The notes below the pieces were generated by a model. The model did no database searches, was not told the origin of the DNA, and saw only the letters and a list, made by a program, of their open reading frames with translations. DNA of 64,000 bases from Candidatus Heimdallarchaeota archaeon (GTDB lineage: Archaea; Asgardarchaeota; Heimdallarchaeia; JABLTI01). Shown here piece after piece: positions 28,548 through 37,056 of the stretch. Position 1 is the stretch's first letter; every line of letters begins with the position of its first letter. Where the stretch lies: the NCBI GenBank assembly GCA_019058275.1, contig JAHLVW010000015.1, positions 93,943 to 157,942 of the forward strand, in the 5' to 3' direction. Position numbers and translations under genes: made by a program.

Positions 28548-29540
28548 CTATGTTTCTTCGGTGGCAAGTAATTTGTAAAGCTCCTCTTTAAATTCAGTTA
28601 CTTCTTCCTTTGACTTGTTTCTTACATTTATCACTACTAAAAATAAGACTAAAGCAGCTGTTACAAAAAGTGAGACAAGTAAAATTACTAACCAATTGAA
28701 TACTTTGGGTAATGAGAAGTGTTCAGTGGAAACATAGAATTTCGCTTCAAATGAACCTCTAGCTGGCATAGCATTTTTCCTACAATTGAATACCAACCAG
28801 TAATTTCCTTCGGAATCTGATTCAGTATCATAACTTAGGATATAGTAATCTTTCATAAATTGCTCAACATCAAATTCTATATTATCCAGAAAATCAGATG
28901 TAACATTTTCTTCACCAACATCTATTGGCATTTTAATTTGAAGTTCTTGGCATTCTAAATCAGCATCCCATGCTGGTCTAATTAAGTCTATGACAATGAG
29001 GTTGGTATCAACTCTATAATGAGCTATTTGCTCTGATAGAAAGAAGTTAGCATTGTAAGAAAAGTAGTATTGTAAAGTTGTATTTGTTTTGATTAAGGAG
29101 TTATTTTCAAGATAGACTCTATAGGAGAGATCAAAATCATTTGATGCACTATGATTTACAGTAAATTGCTGACCATCTTGAATTGCATAGGTTTGATCAT
29201 CAATTACTTCAACAATTTCTCCACTCTGTATGGTTCTAAAATACATGCCTACATGGTCAGTATTTGAAGGAGTACAATTAATTATAATCGTGACTTTACC
29301 AGATCCTTTTCTATCCATTTCTAAGACAGTTTTAATCCAATGCAAATCAGCATTATAAAACCCTTCACTTTTTGGTTCTAGAGTCATTGTTGTTGAAATT
29401 TCTTCCTTTTCAACAATGGTTACTAAATTTCTTGACATAGAATTTGCTGGGGTAAAGAATACAATTACACTAGAAAGTAGAACTAAATTTATTGCTAAGA
29501 TGAGAGTGAGAGATTTTCTTATATAGGTCATGTAAAACAA
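28548..29540 (-). CDS. Hypothetical single-pass membrane/surface protein
   Basis: Signal peptide, beta-rich ectodomain, C-terminal TM. Confidence 0.65.
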   Translation of the reverse strand: MFYMTYIRKSLTLILAINLVLLSSVIVFFTPANSMSRNLVTIVEKEEISTTMTLEPKSEGFYNADLHWIKTVLEMDRKGSGKVTIIINCTPSNTDHVGMYFRTIQSGEIVEVIDDQTYAIQDGQQFTVNHSASNDFDLSYRVYLENNSLIKTNTTLQYYFSYNANFFLSEQIAHYRVDTNLIVIDLIRPAWDADLECQELQIKMPIDVGEENVTSDFLDNIEFDVEQFMKDYYILSYDTESDSEGNYWLVFNCRKNAMPARGSFEAKFYVSTEHFSLPKVFNWLVILLVSLFVTAALVLFLVVINVRNKSKEEVTEFKEELYKLLATEET

Positions 29541-29687
29541 ACTCTTTCTATGATGCTAGTTTGATTATGGAAATATAATTCAAAAAAGCTACTGTAATGT
29601 TGTTATTTGAAATTTCAGAGTTATATTTGCTAAAAATATTTATTTTCAAAACAAATAAAGGATAACTAAAAGCAATGAGGGATTTAA

Positions 29688-32012
29688 ATGCCAAATAAAA
29701 CACCCAAAAAATCACTTGAAAAAGAACTAAAGAAGAACAGACAAGTTATTGTTCCAGTGATACCTGAAATGATTGATGCAAGAACTAAGCTTGGCAAGGG
29801 TGAGATTGAAGTTCCAGCTGAAATAAAAGAAATTGAAGCTTTGATCTTTTCTAGAGGTAGACTAAATGTTCAATTTTTCCGAGGTAGATCTAATCTCTAT
29901 GTTGTTCCTAGTTGGGTGAAAGAAATGCTTTCAGTTAATAGTCCTGGAGTGATTTCATTAGGTCATAATTCTTCCCTGATTAACTCAAACTACCGTGATT
30001 GGGTTGCTTTTGGTGGAATTGACTGTGAATCTGAGGGAACAGTAACAAGCAAAGGATTAGTCGTTCCATTGATTGATGGTTATGGCATTCTTTCAGGTTC
30101 ATTGATTAATAATGCTCCTAATTATATAACTCGAGATGGAACAAGTTCACAAGAGCTTCTAAGTGGTTCCTTACCTATTGTTATTAATAATTGGAAAATT
30201 AAAAAGAAAAACTATCAGCAAATCGTTTTTGGTGGGAAATCAGGGAAAAGCGAAATTGGAGTTATGACATTTAAGAAAACGGAGAATGATAATACAAAGC
30301 TCCTTTTATCAATTAGACCGTTCAATCAAGAAGGAGTATCACTAATTAATAGTATAACTTATCGTCCCAAAGATCAAGCTATTCTCATAAACAAGGAATT
30401 AGCATTCAAGATTATACAAGAACCTGAAAAAATAGCTGTAGCTAATTACCAAAATGAGGGCGATTCAGCTGTCAAACTTTTGAAGATTGCAAAGGATGTT
30501 GATCAGAACGAGGAGTTGTTGATAAATTGCTCTATTGGATTAGCAAATATGACACTAATGTTTCCAGAGAATACATCTGAAATTGAAATTTTCTTCAGAA
30601 TGAATAAGAAACCAATAGCTGCTCCACCAACTTTGGAAAAAATAAAGAATACTTGGACAGAAAAATTATCTTTAGGATTGTCTCTCAAAACAGGAAATCA
30701 TGAGATAGATAGGTTATTTTCAGCTAGCGTGACAAATTTACTTTTACTTGTTGATCCAAATAATATAACTCCGGGTCCAACTGAATATCATCGATTTTGG
30801 TGTAGAGATGCAGCTTTTCTCATAAATGCTTTAGACAAACTAGGTTATCACAAATATGCTGAAGAAGCTCTTGTTCAATTTATACAAAGACAAAGAAGTG
30901 ATGGTTTCTTCTACAGTCATGAAGGTGAATTTGATTCGAATGGTGAAGGCATTTGGGTTCTTGCTGAACATGCTAAATTCACGAAAGATTACTCTTGGTT
31001 AGAAAAAACGTTTGATTCCATATACAAAGCTGCTGTATGTATAATTAATACAAGAAAACAACCTAAAGTAGATCTACCTTCTGGCAAAATGGATTTGGTA
31101 AAAGGATTGCTTCCTCCAGGATTTAGTGCAGAACATTTAGGACCTTGCGATTACTTCTATTGGGACAATTTCTGGGGAGTTGCTGGTTTACGAGAAGCAG
31201 CAAATTGTGCTAAAACTATCAAGCATAAATCACTTGAATTATTACAAAGTGAATATGAGAGCTATCTTTCGGATTTAATGTTAAGCATAGATCAGTTACA
31301 TAGTGATTATGGTTACTTACCTGTTGGACCATTTAGAGAACTAGATAGTGCAATAATAGCGAATTTATGTGCATATCATCCTACAAAGATCTTTAATTCT
31401 TCGAGTGAAATACTAATGAACACAACAAATGCTATCTACAAAAATTTCACCCATAAAGGTGGATTTTTCCACGAAGTTGCTTGGAACTGTTATGGTACCT
31501 ATTTAACAATGCATTTAGCCCAAGCTTATCATGAAGCAAATGATGAGGAGAAGGTAACTGAGATTTTGGAATGGCTTGTTAAACACAAAACATGTGCTAT
31601 GGGATGGGCAGAAGGAATAAGCCCTCAGACAATGAGGGGAGGAATGGGTGATTCCCCACATGGATGGGCAAGTGCAGATTGGATTCATCTTCTTAGAAAC
31701 ATGTTTGCAAATGAAACTAAGGATGGTAGTTTGAAATTACTTAGTGGGTATCCTGTAAAATACCTTACAAATGGCATTTCTACTAGCAAATTAAAAACAC
31801 ATTTTGGTGAAATTCAATATTCTGCTAAAATCTATGATAATGTTTTAAAGCTTGAAATTGAAAATAATTTATCATTGGAAACCTATCAGATTATGTCTCC
31901 TTATATTGTAACCAGTATCAGAACTGATAAGGGAGAGGCTTATATTGAATCTAGCAAATGTGTTAAAGTCAGTAACAAAGCAACTAAAATTACGATAGGA
32001 TTAGATGTTTGA
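29688..32012 (+). CDS. Six-hairpin (alpha/alpha)6 glycoside hydrolase-like protein
   Basis: YHRFWCRDAAF, Q..DG, YWDNFW, W.EG..PHGWASA motifs. Confidence 0.7.
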   Translation: MPNKTPKKSLEKELKKNRQVIVPVIPEMIDARTKLGKGEIEVPAEIKEIEALIFSRGRLNVQFFRGRSNLYVVPSWVKEMLSVNSPGVISLGHNSSLINSNYRDWVAFGGIDCESEGTVTSKGLVVPLIDGYGILSGSLINNAPNYITRDGTSSQELLSGSLPIVINNWKIKKKNYQQIVFGGKSGKSEIGVMTFKKTENDNTKLLLSIRPFNQEGVSLINSITYRPKDQAILINKELAFKIIQEPEKIAVANYQNEGDSAVKLLKIAKDVDQNEELLINCSIGLANMTLMFPENTSEIEIFFRMNKKPIAAPPTLEKIKNTWTEKLSLGLSLKTGNHEIDRLFSASVTNLLLLVDPNNITPGPTEYHRFWCRDAAFLINALDKLGYHKYAEEALVQFIQRQRSDGFFYSHEGEFDSNGEGIWVLAEHAKFTKDYSWLEKTFDSIYKAAVCIINTRKQPKVDLPSGKMDLVKGLLPPGFSAEHLGPCDYFYWDNFWGVAGLREAANCAKTIKHKSLELLQSEYESYLSDLMLSIDQLHSDYGYLPVGPFRELDSAIIANLCAYHPTKIFNSSSEILMNTTNAIYKNFTHKGGFFHEVAWNCYGTYLTMHLAQAYHEANDEEKVTEILEWLVKHKTCAMGWAEGISPQTMRGGMGDSPHGWASADWIHLLRNMFANETKDGSLKLLSGYPVKYLTNGISTSKLKTHFGEIQYSAKIYDNVLKLEIENNLSLETYQIMSPYIVTSIRTDKGEAYIESSKCVKVSNKATKITIGLDV

Positions 32013-32231
32013 AGAAACAATCGTTGATAACTTATTTATTACATCAACATCCAATCGTTTAGAACGTTCCTTAATGCCTATACTATTTAACCTAATAATA
32101 AACCACTCTGGAAATCAAGAGATGCAAATCGTTAAATTAGTTTATTACAGTAGTATTGATTGGTTCTTCAGTAGACATTTGGGATCCTTTTTGTGAGCTG
32201 ATATTATATTATTTGTTTATTTTATTAGAAA

Positions 32232-33515
32232 TCATTCTTGTTCAGCGTCAGCAGTTAATCCAAGCTCTTCAGCAAAAATTAACCTTAATTCAGGTTTGAT
32301 TTCAAAAGAGACGATACGTCCATCTCGGTTCTTATTGAGAAAGTTTAAAGCAGCCATTTGGTTTAGATATCGAGAAAGATTTCCTTGATCCATTCCTAAT
32401 TCATCTGATAATGCTGTGCCAACAATAGGTCCACCATTTTTCTCGCTAATAATTACCTCAAGAATATCTCTCATCTTTGGTGTGAGGATTTGTTTAATTC
32501 GCTCACTTTGTGCGTCCTTCAGCTTTTCTCTAGCAAATTCAACACCATCATTAATGGCATCTAAACCTATTTTCTTAACATCATTCTGAGCAGCAACATC
32601 AAGAATTGATCTTAAAACTAAGAGAAGCATTCTTGGATTACCTGTTGCATATTTCTTGTTCACTTTTGAGATAACTTCTTCATCAAATGGTTCTAAGCTA
32701 TCTGGTTTCTCTGGTCTGAAGGCTGTCAATCTTTTTCGTATTATTTCAATAGCAATCTTGTCTGTTACTGGTTTGAATTCAATCTCCACATGAACTCGAG
32801 TAGCAACAGCAGGATGAATTTCTTTTAGTGAAGCCCAGGCATTAGGTGTGGAACAAATAACAGTTATGTGTCCAGGAATACCAACTGCATGACTAAAATA
32901 CTCTCTTAAAATCTCAAATGTTTTTCTAATTTCACGTTGAATGCTTGCCTCAATAATCTCTTCAAATTCATCTATTATTAAACCTGAAAGAATATCTTGA
33001 TCACCAATTTTCTTGAAAATCTTAGCTAAGTCCTCACCAGCCTCATAAGGTTTGAACTTCGATTCAGGTATTGAATTAATATCACGATATTTTTCCCAAA
33101 GTTTTTTAGCAAAATCTCTCAACTCATCAGAAGCTTTGTCATTATTCATAATTGGTACACAAACACTCTCAAATAAAGCATATGTTACAATACCAGGTGT
33201 ACCGCCTGGCAATTTTGTATAAAAGACAAAAGCATCTTTTCTCATAAGGGTCTCTTTAATAGAGCTAGCACGAATAGACTTTCCTGATCCATATTCACCT
33301 ATAAGTGCAACAGTAGCAGAACCACTATTCAAAATTGTAGACAGATTTGAAGCTATTTTTTTATCTGCTGCAGTCACCACATGCATTTTTACTATTTCTT
33401 CTGCAGTCATCGATTCTGCTGAGATTTTATCAAAAGGATTTCTTTTAAGATCATATTTCGTTAGGTAATTATCTTCACTGAGCATATCATCATATATAGA
33501 CAAACAAGTCACCAC
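32232..33515 (-). CDS. AAA+ ATPase with C-terminal wHTH (Cdc6/ExeA-like architecture)
   Basis: LKRNPF, GEYGSGKS Walker A, IIDEFE Walker B, GNPR, C-term HTH (LSDELGMDQGNLSRYL). Confidence 0.8.
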   Translation of the reverse strand: MVTCLSIYDDMLSEDNYLTKYDLKRNPFDKISAESMTAEEIVKMHVVTAADKKIASNLSTILNSGSATVALIGEYGSGKSIRASSIKETLMRKDAFVFYTKLPGGTPGIVTYALFESVCVPIMNNDKASDELRDFAKKLWEKYRDINSIPESKFKPYEAGEDLAKIFKKIGDQDILSGLIIDEFEEIIEASIQREIRKTFEILREYFSHAVGIPGHITVICSTPNAWASLKEIHPAVATRVHVEIEFKPVTDKIAIEIIRKRLTAFRPEKPDSLEPFDEEVISKVNKKYATGNPRMLLLVLRSILDVAAQNDVKKIGLDAINDGVEFAREKLKDAQSERIKQILTPKMRDILEVIISEKNGGPIVGTALSDELGMDQGNLSRYLNQMAALNFLNKNRDGRIVSFEIKPELRLIFAEELGLTADAEQE

Positions 33516-33622
33516 ATTCTGTTTAAGAGATGAATAAATGTAAATTACTTAGTAAATTAATGTTCTTTCAAGTAAAAGAATGTTATTATTTGTAAATAAA
33601 GAAAGGAAAGGGTGTAATTTTC

Positions 33623-34060
33623 TCATTCTTTTGTTCGTATAGGATATGCCAATACGATTTGAGTGGGATCTAGTTTCTTAAAATTGATGAAGAACTCAAT
33701 GAACAAAGCTGCAAATACCAGATCAACTGCCCCAACTACCAGCATTGGTATGCCACATAAGTTCATTATGAAGAAAATTAAATAAATCATAAACAGAGAG
33801 ATTTTTAAAAGAATTCCCGCAGAAACCACTAAATGATTTTTAGTGATATCAAGACCAACTAGAAAATACATAAATCCTAAATTAATAATTAGGAAAAGAA
33901 AGCTATAAAGCCAAATGTAAATTTCAGGTTTCTTATAAATAACAAATATTTGCAAGAAAGTATCCACTGTTGGAGCTAAAACAGCAAAGATAATTGCAGC
34001 AAGGATGTATCCGATACCTGCGACCATAAACATGTACTTGTAATAAATTGCTTTGTTCAT
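33623..34060 (-). CDS. 4-TM membrane protein
   Basis: Four hydrophobic helices, ..DLVFAALF. Confidence 0.7.
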   Translation of the reverse strand: MNKAIYYKYMFMVAGIGYILAAIIFAVLAPTVDTFLQIFVIYKKPEIYIWLYSFLFLIINLGFMYFLVGLDITKNHLVVSAGILLKISLFMIYLIFFIMNLCGIPMLVVGAVDLVFAALFIEFFINFKKLDPTQIVLAYPIRTKE

Positions 34061-34108
34061 CTAAACACCCGATTAGTATTATGTAGTTATAGTAAATATT
34101 CTTTTTGT

Positions 34109-34126
34109 ATTTGTACAGAGACAAAA
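34109..34126. promoter_or_regulatory. Operator copy (ATTTGT-ACAGAG-ACAAAA)
   Basis: Near match to the palindrome family at 35.3 and 36.2 kb; about 50 bp upstream of the 34060 start. Confidence 0.45.
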
Positions 34127-34217
34127 AAAAAGAATAAATAGATAGTATTTCCTGCGAATGGAAGAAGAAAGAGCATTTTTGCTTGTCTTTCTCTTAAAAT
34201 AGCTCATTTACTATCTA

Positions 34218-34508
34218 TTATTCTCTGAAATCTTCACCATGGAAGATGCCCATTGGATAGACCCCTTCGGTTGGAATCGCTTCGACTTTGTCAGTAATTT
34301 TCTTAACTGACTCAAGATCTTTAGTATCCCATTGACAAAGGATCTTGATTATCTTCCCTTCTTCATTGAAGATACCCCAGCTTTTTATCCAATAAGCATC
34401 TTTGGTGTTTAATGCTTTGAAGGCTTTACCAATTGGTGTAGCCTGTTCTATGGTTGCTGGAATAGGTACTGGATGAACAGCTAAAAATTTTGGCATTTCT
34501 CTTTTCAC
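34218..34508 (-). CDS. DUF4242/SCO4226-like small ferredoxin-fold protein (probable start MPKF at 34496)
   Basis: MPKFLAVH..WIKSW..KILCQWD pattern; GAGGTG RBS before the ATG. Confidence 0.6.
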   Translation of the reverse strand: MKREMPKFLAVHPVPIPATIEQATPIGKAFKALNTKDAYWIKSWGIFNEEGKIIKILCQWDTKDLESVKKITDKVEAIPTEGVYPMGIFHGEDFRE

Positions 34509-34522
34509 CTCAATTTTATTTA

Positions 34523-35299
34523 TTATGGAATGGTAGTTGGCAAACTAACGTCATGATATTGTGACCAACCAAATAGATGGATGCATAGTGTTGCTTCAAA
34601 ACCAAATAAATCGAGTGCTGTTTGTACGATTAAAGTAACAAAAACACGATCAAAGATCCTAGATATTTCTAGTCGAAGATGATTATTTGAAAAAACATTT
34701 CCCTTAGCAGAATTTATGACACTCATTTTATCAACAAATATCATAGGTGCCTCAAGTGGTGGGAAGTAGCAATAATCGAATATCAGTTGTTTTTCATAGA
34801 GAATTTTCTCGATCTTATGAAACTCAGAGATGAATTTCGCTTCAAGATAATCTTTTATTTCTCCCTCTGCGACAATATAGTTATCATATATTCTATGAAG
34901 CTTGACAATTTTTCGTTCAAGCTTTACGCAGCGATGTTGAATTAAGCCATCAACGAACATATCTTCTAGAGTGAACAAAAGTATTTCAAAATCATCTCCA
35001 GGCATTCGTGGATGATAATAGTTAACTATATCATAATTTCCACTAGCTAAAATCCCGTCAATATCTTCTTCTGGTCTTAAAGTGAATTTTATTCCAAGCT
35101 CTAATGCTTGTCCAAATGTATCCTCAAAAAGTTGCTCTTGCAATTCTGTTACTACAGGATGAGGGGAAAATCCCTCCCAAATGTAATCAACTTCAATGTA
35201 TTCTTGTTCTTTGTAAGCATAAGTATTTGTTGCAATTAGTGGCAAGGGCATACATAGTACTAAAATGATAGATATTCTAGATAATTTCAGTAAGTTAAT
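34523..35299 (-). CDS. Secreted protein resembling a circularly permuted SBP family-5 domain; paralog B; probable ATT start at 35299
   Basis: ORF extends upstream into a signal peptide INLLKLSRISIILVLCMPL preceded by GGGAGG; ELGIKF..GNYDI and NSAKGNVFSNNHLRLEISRIFDR motifs. Confidence 0.65.
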   Translation of the reverse strand: MNLLKLSRISIILVLCMPLPLIATNTYAYKEQEYIEVDYIWEGFSPHPVVTELQEQLFEDTFGQALELGIKFTLRPEEDIDGILASGNYDIVNYYHPRMPGDDFEILLFTLEDMFVDGLIQHRCVKLERKIVKLHRIYDNYIVAEGEIKDYLEAKFISEFHKIEKILYEKQLIFDYCYFPPLEAPMIFVDKMSVINSAKGNVFSNNHLRLEISRIFDRVFVTLIVQTALDLFGFEATLCIHLFGWSQYHDVSLPTTIP

Positions 35300-35318
35300 T
35301 TTTAAAATCCTCCCAAAT

Positions 35319-35380
35319 TATTTTGTAGTGTGATAAAATATAGTTAAGGTGCTATAAGGATTTCGTAGTTCTACAAAAAT
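35319..35380. promoter_or_regulatory. Two operator palindromes flanking a minus-strand TATA-like box
   Basis: TTTTGT-AGTGTG-ATAAAA (35321-35338) and TTTCGT-AGTTCT-ACAAAA (35361-35378), 40 bp apart. Confidence 0.7.
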
Positions 35381-35396
35381 AACAGAAAAAATAAGA

Positions 35397-35420
35397 GTGA
35401 TCCGGTTAAGAACCGGACAC
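35397..35420 (-). terminator. Hairpin + U-tract after paralog A
   Basis: GTG-TCCGGTT-CTT-AACCGGA-T-CAC then TCTTATTTTTTCT on the minus strand. Confidence 0.55.
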
Positions 35421-35437
35421 TAATAAAAGCAACACGA

Positions 35438-36178
35438 TTAGGTGGGATAACAATTGGGTAAACTGGAATCATGATAAGATGCCCATTGGAACATGTGATA
35501 AAACTCATAGACAGGGTATGGATTATAGGTTGAATGATAATCTAGGAAAACTGATCGATCAATAATTGAATTAAATTCTAATCTCAAAGCGTCATCTGCG
35601 AAAACACGTCCTGGCAAACAATTTACGTTCATACTCTCTCCATTCCTAAGAGCTGGTTCCACCCATCGAACAAATGTGAACATATACTGATTCTCCCAAA
35701 GACATTCTTCGATATCATGGAATTTATCGGTCATATCGTCTAAGAAATCTTCATCCACTACATAAGGATTCTCTTGAGCTTCCCAAAACATTCCGTAAAT
35801 CTTATCAGTTTGCTTTATGAGTTTTGGATCATCAGGTTTCAAAACAATATAGTTAAGAATCCCTAAAATGTAAGCATGAGTGAAAATATCATCGACATTC
35901 GGGATATTCAGAATCCCTCCATAGGTTAAATCCCAATCATCTGTGAATGTGGCACGTTCACGCCACTCATCAAAATTAAGATAAATAGGATTTACCGATA
36001 ATCCTAAGCTTTCCGCTTTGAATATTATTTCATCAACTATTACTTGTTTTTCTGGAAATTCCAACCAGATAATCATATCAATCGCATTTGTTTCGTCAGC
36101 AGTCGTTGAAAAAATGGTTGTTAAAGGTAAACAAAGAACTAAGATTATGAGAGTTATTTTTATGTGCTTTAATCTAAT
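35438..36178 (-). CDS. Secreted protein resembling a circularly permuted SBP family-5 domain; paralog A; probable ATT start at 36178
   Basis: Upstream signal peptide IRLKHIKITLIILVLCLPL after GAGGAG; SLGLSV..DWDLTYGG, then NCLPGRVFADDALRLEFNSIIDR. Confidence 0.65.
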   Translation of the reverse strand: MRLKHIKITLIILVLCLPLTTIFSTTADETNAIDMIIWLEFPEKQVIVDEIIFKAESLGLSVNPIYLNFDEWRERATFTDDWDLTYGGILNIPNVDDIFTHAYILGILNYIVLKPDDPKLIKQTDKIYGMFWEAQENPYVVDEDFLDDMTDKFHDIEECLWENQYMFTFVRWVEPALRNGESMNVNCLPGRVFADDALRLEFNSIIDRSVFLDYHSTYNPYPVYEFYHMFQWASYHDSSLPNCYPT

Positions 36179-36197
36179 TTTTCTTCTCCTCTCTGAG

Positions 36198-36261
36198 GAT
36201 TTCGTAGTGTGACAAAATATGATGGAATTGATATATAAATATTTTGTAGTGAGACGAAAAG
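36198..36261. promoter_or_regulatory. Two operator palindromes flanking a TATA box in the divergent promoter
   Basis: TTTCGT-AGTGTG-ACAAAA (36200-36217) and TTTTGT-AGTGAG-ACGAAA (36242-36259), 42 bp apart, with TTTATATA (minus strand) between. Confidence 0.72.
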
Positions 36262-36303
36262 ATTTTTATGTTTAGAAAATCTAAAGATATATGAGTGGTA
36301 AGT

Positions 36304-36909
36304 ATGCCTAAAGAAAAAAGAAAAGTTGGACGACCAAGAAAGTACGAAACACAATCAGCACGACAAAAAGCCTATCATGAACGCAAAAAACAAAAAATGA
36401 AAGAATTAGAAGAGGAAGTTAAAAAATTGGAGAAGCATACTCTATTCCCCTCTGATTCACTAGATGATGTTTTTGAAGAACTTGCTTTCAAAGAAGTGTC
36501 TAAATTTCCTTGGAAAAAGATTACCCCAAGTGAGATTGCTCTTATGGGAACACAGGATCTAGAATTATTGGTTAGAGAATTTCGAGAGAGAATCCAGGGG
36601 CAATCATCATTTAACAGATCCCTAGAAAATATAGTAATGGGTATTATCAATAAAAATTACCTTGCAACTAGAGAAAACCCTCCTTTAGAAAGACTAAAAG
36701 GAGTCACTGTACAAATTCAAGAAAATATTGGGAATTTAGAGGAAAGAATGCAACAGCAAACATTACTTTATCTAATGGAGGCAGAGCTTACAAATCGAGA
36801 GAGATTAGATGGTCGAAAAACAAAGTTAGATCTTTTTGAAGCTAAAATAGATGAATTGGAAAAAGAAGTTAAGGAAAAGAAAGTTGAAGTGAAGAAAAAA
36901 GCTCATTAG
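36304..36909 (+). CDS. Putative DNA-binding regulator with basic region + coiled coil (bZIP-like)
   Basis: KRKVGRPRKYETQSARQKAYHERKKQKMKELEEEVKKLE followed by a helical domain. Confidence 0.65.
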   Translation: MPKEKRKVGRPRKYETQSARQKAYHERKKQKMKELEEEVKKLEKHTLFPSDSLDDVFEELAFKEVSKFPWKKITPSEIALMGTQDLELLVREFRERIQGQSSFNRSLENIVMGIINKNYLATRENPPLERLKGVTVQIQENIGNLEERMQQQTLLYLMEAELTNRERLDGRKTKLDLFEAKIDELEKEVKEKKVEVKKKAH

Positions 36910-37056
36910 CTAATCATTTTTCTTCCATCTTTTTTGTCATTAAAATTTATTTTAATGAAGTATATTAGTTAAAAGGCAAGGGTTAGAATTTCCTTTTGTG
37001 TTGTAAAAAACAAATTCCTAACTCAGGGGCAATATTTCAAAAGGACCAGGGCTAAA

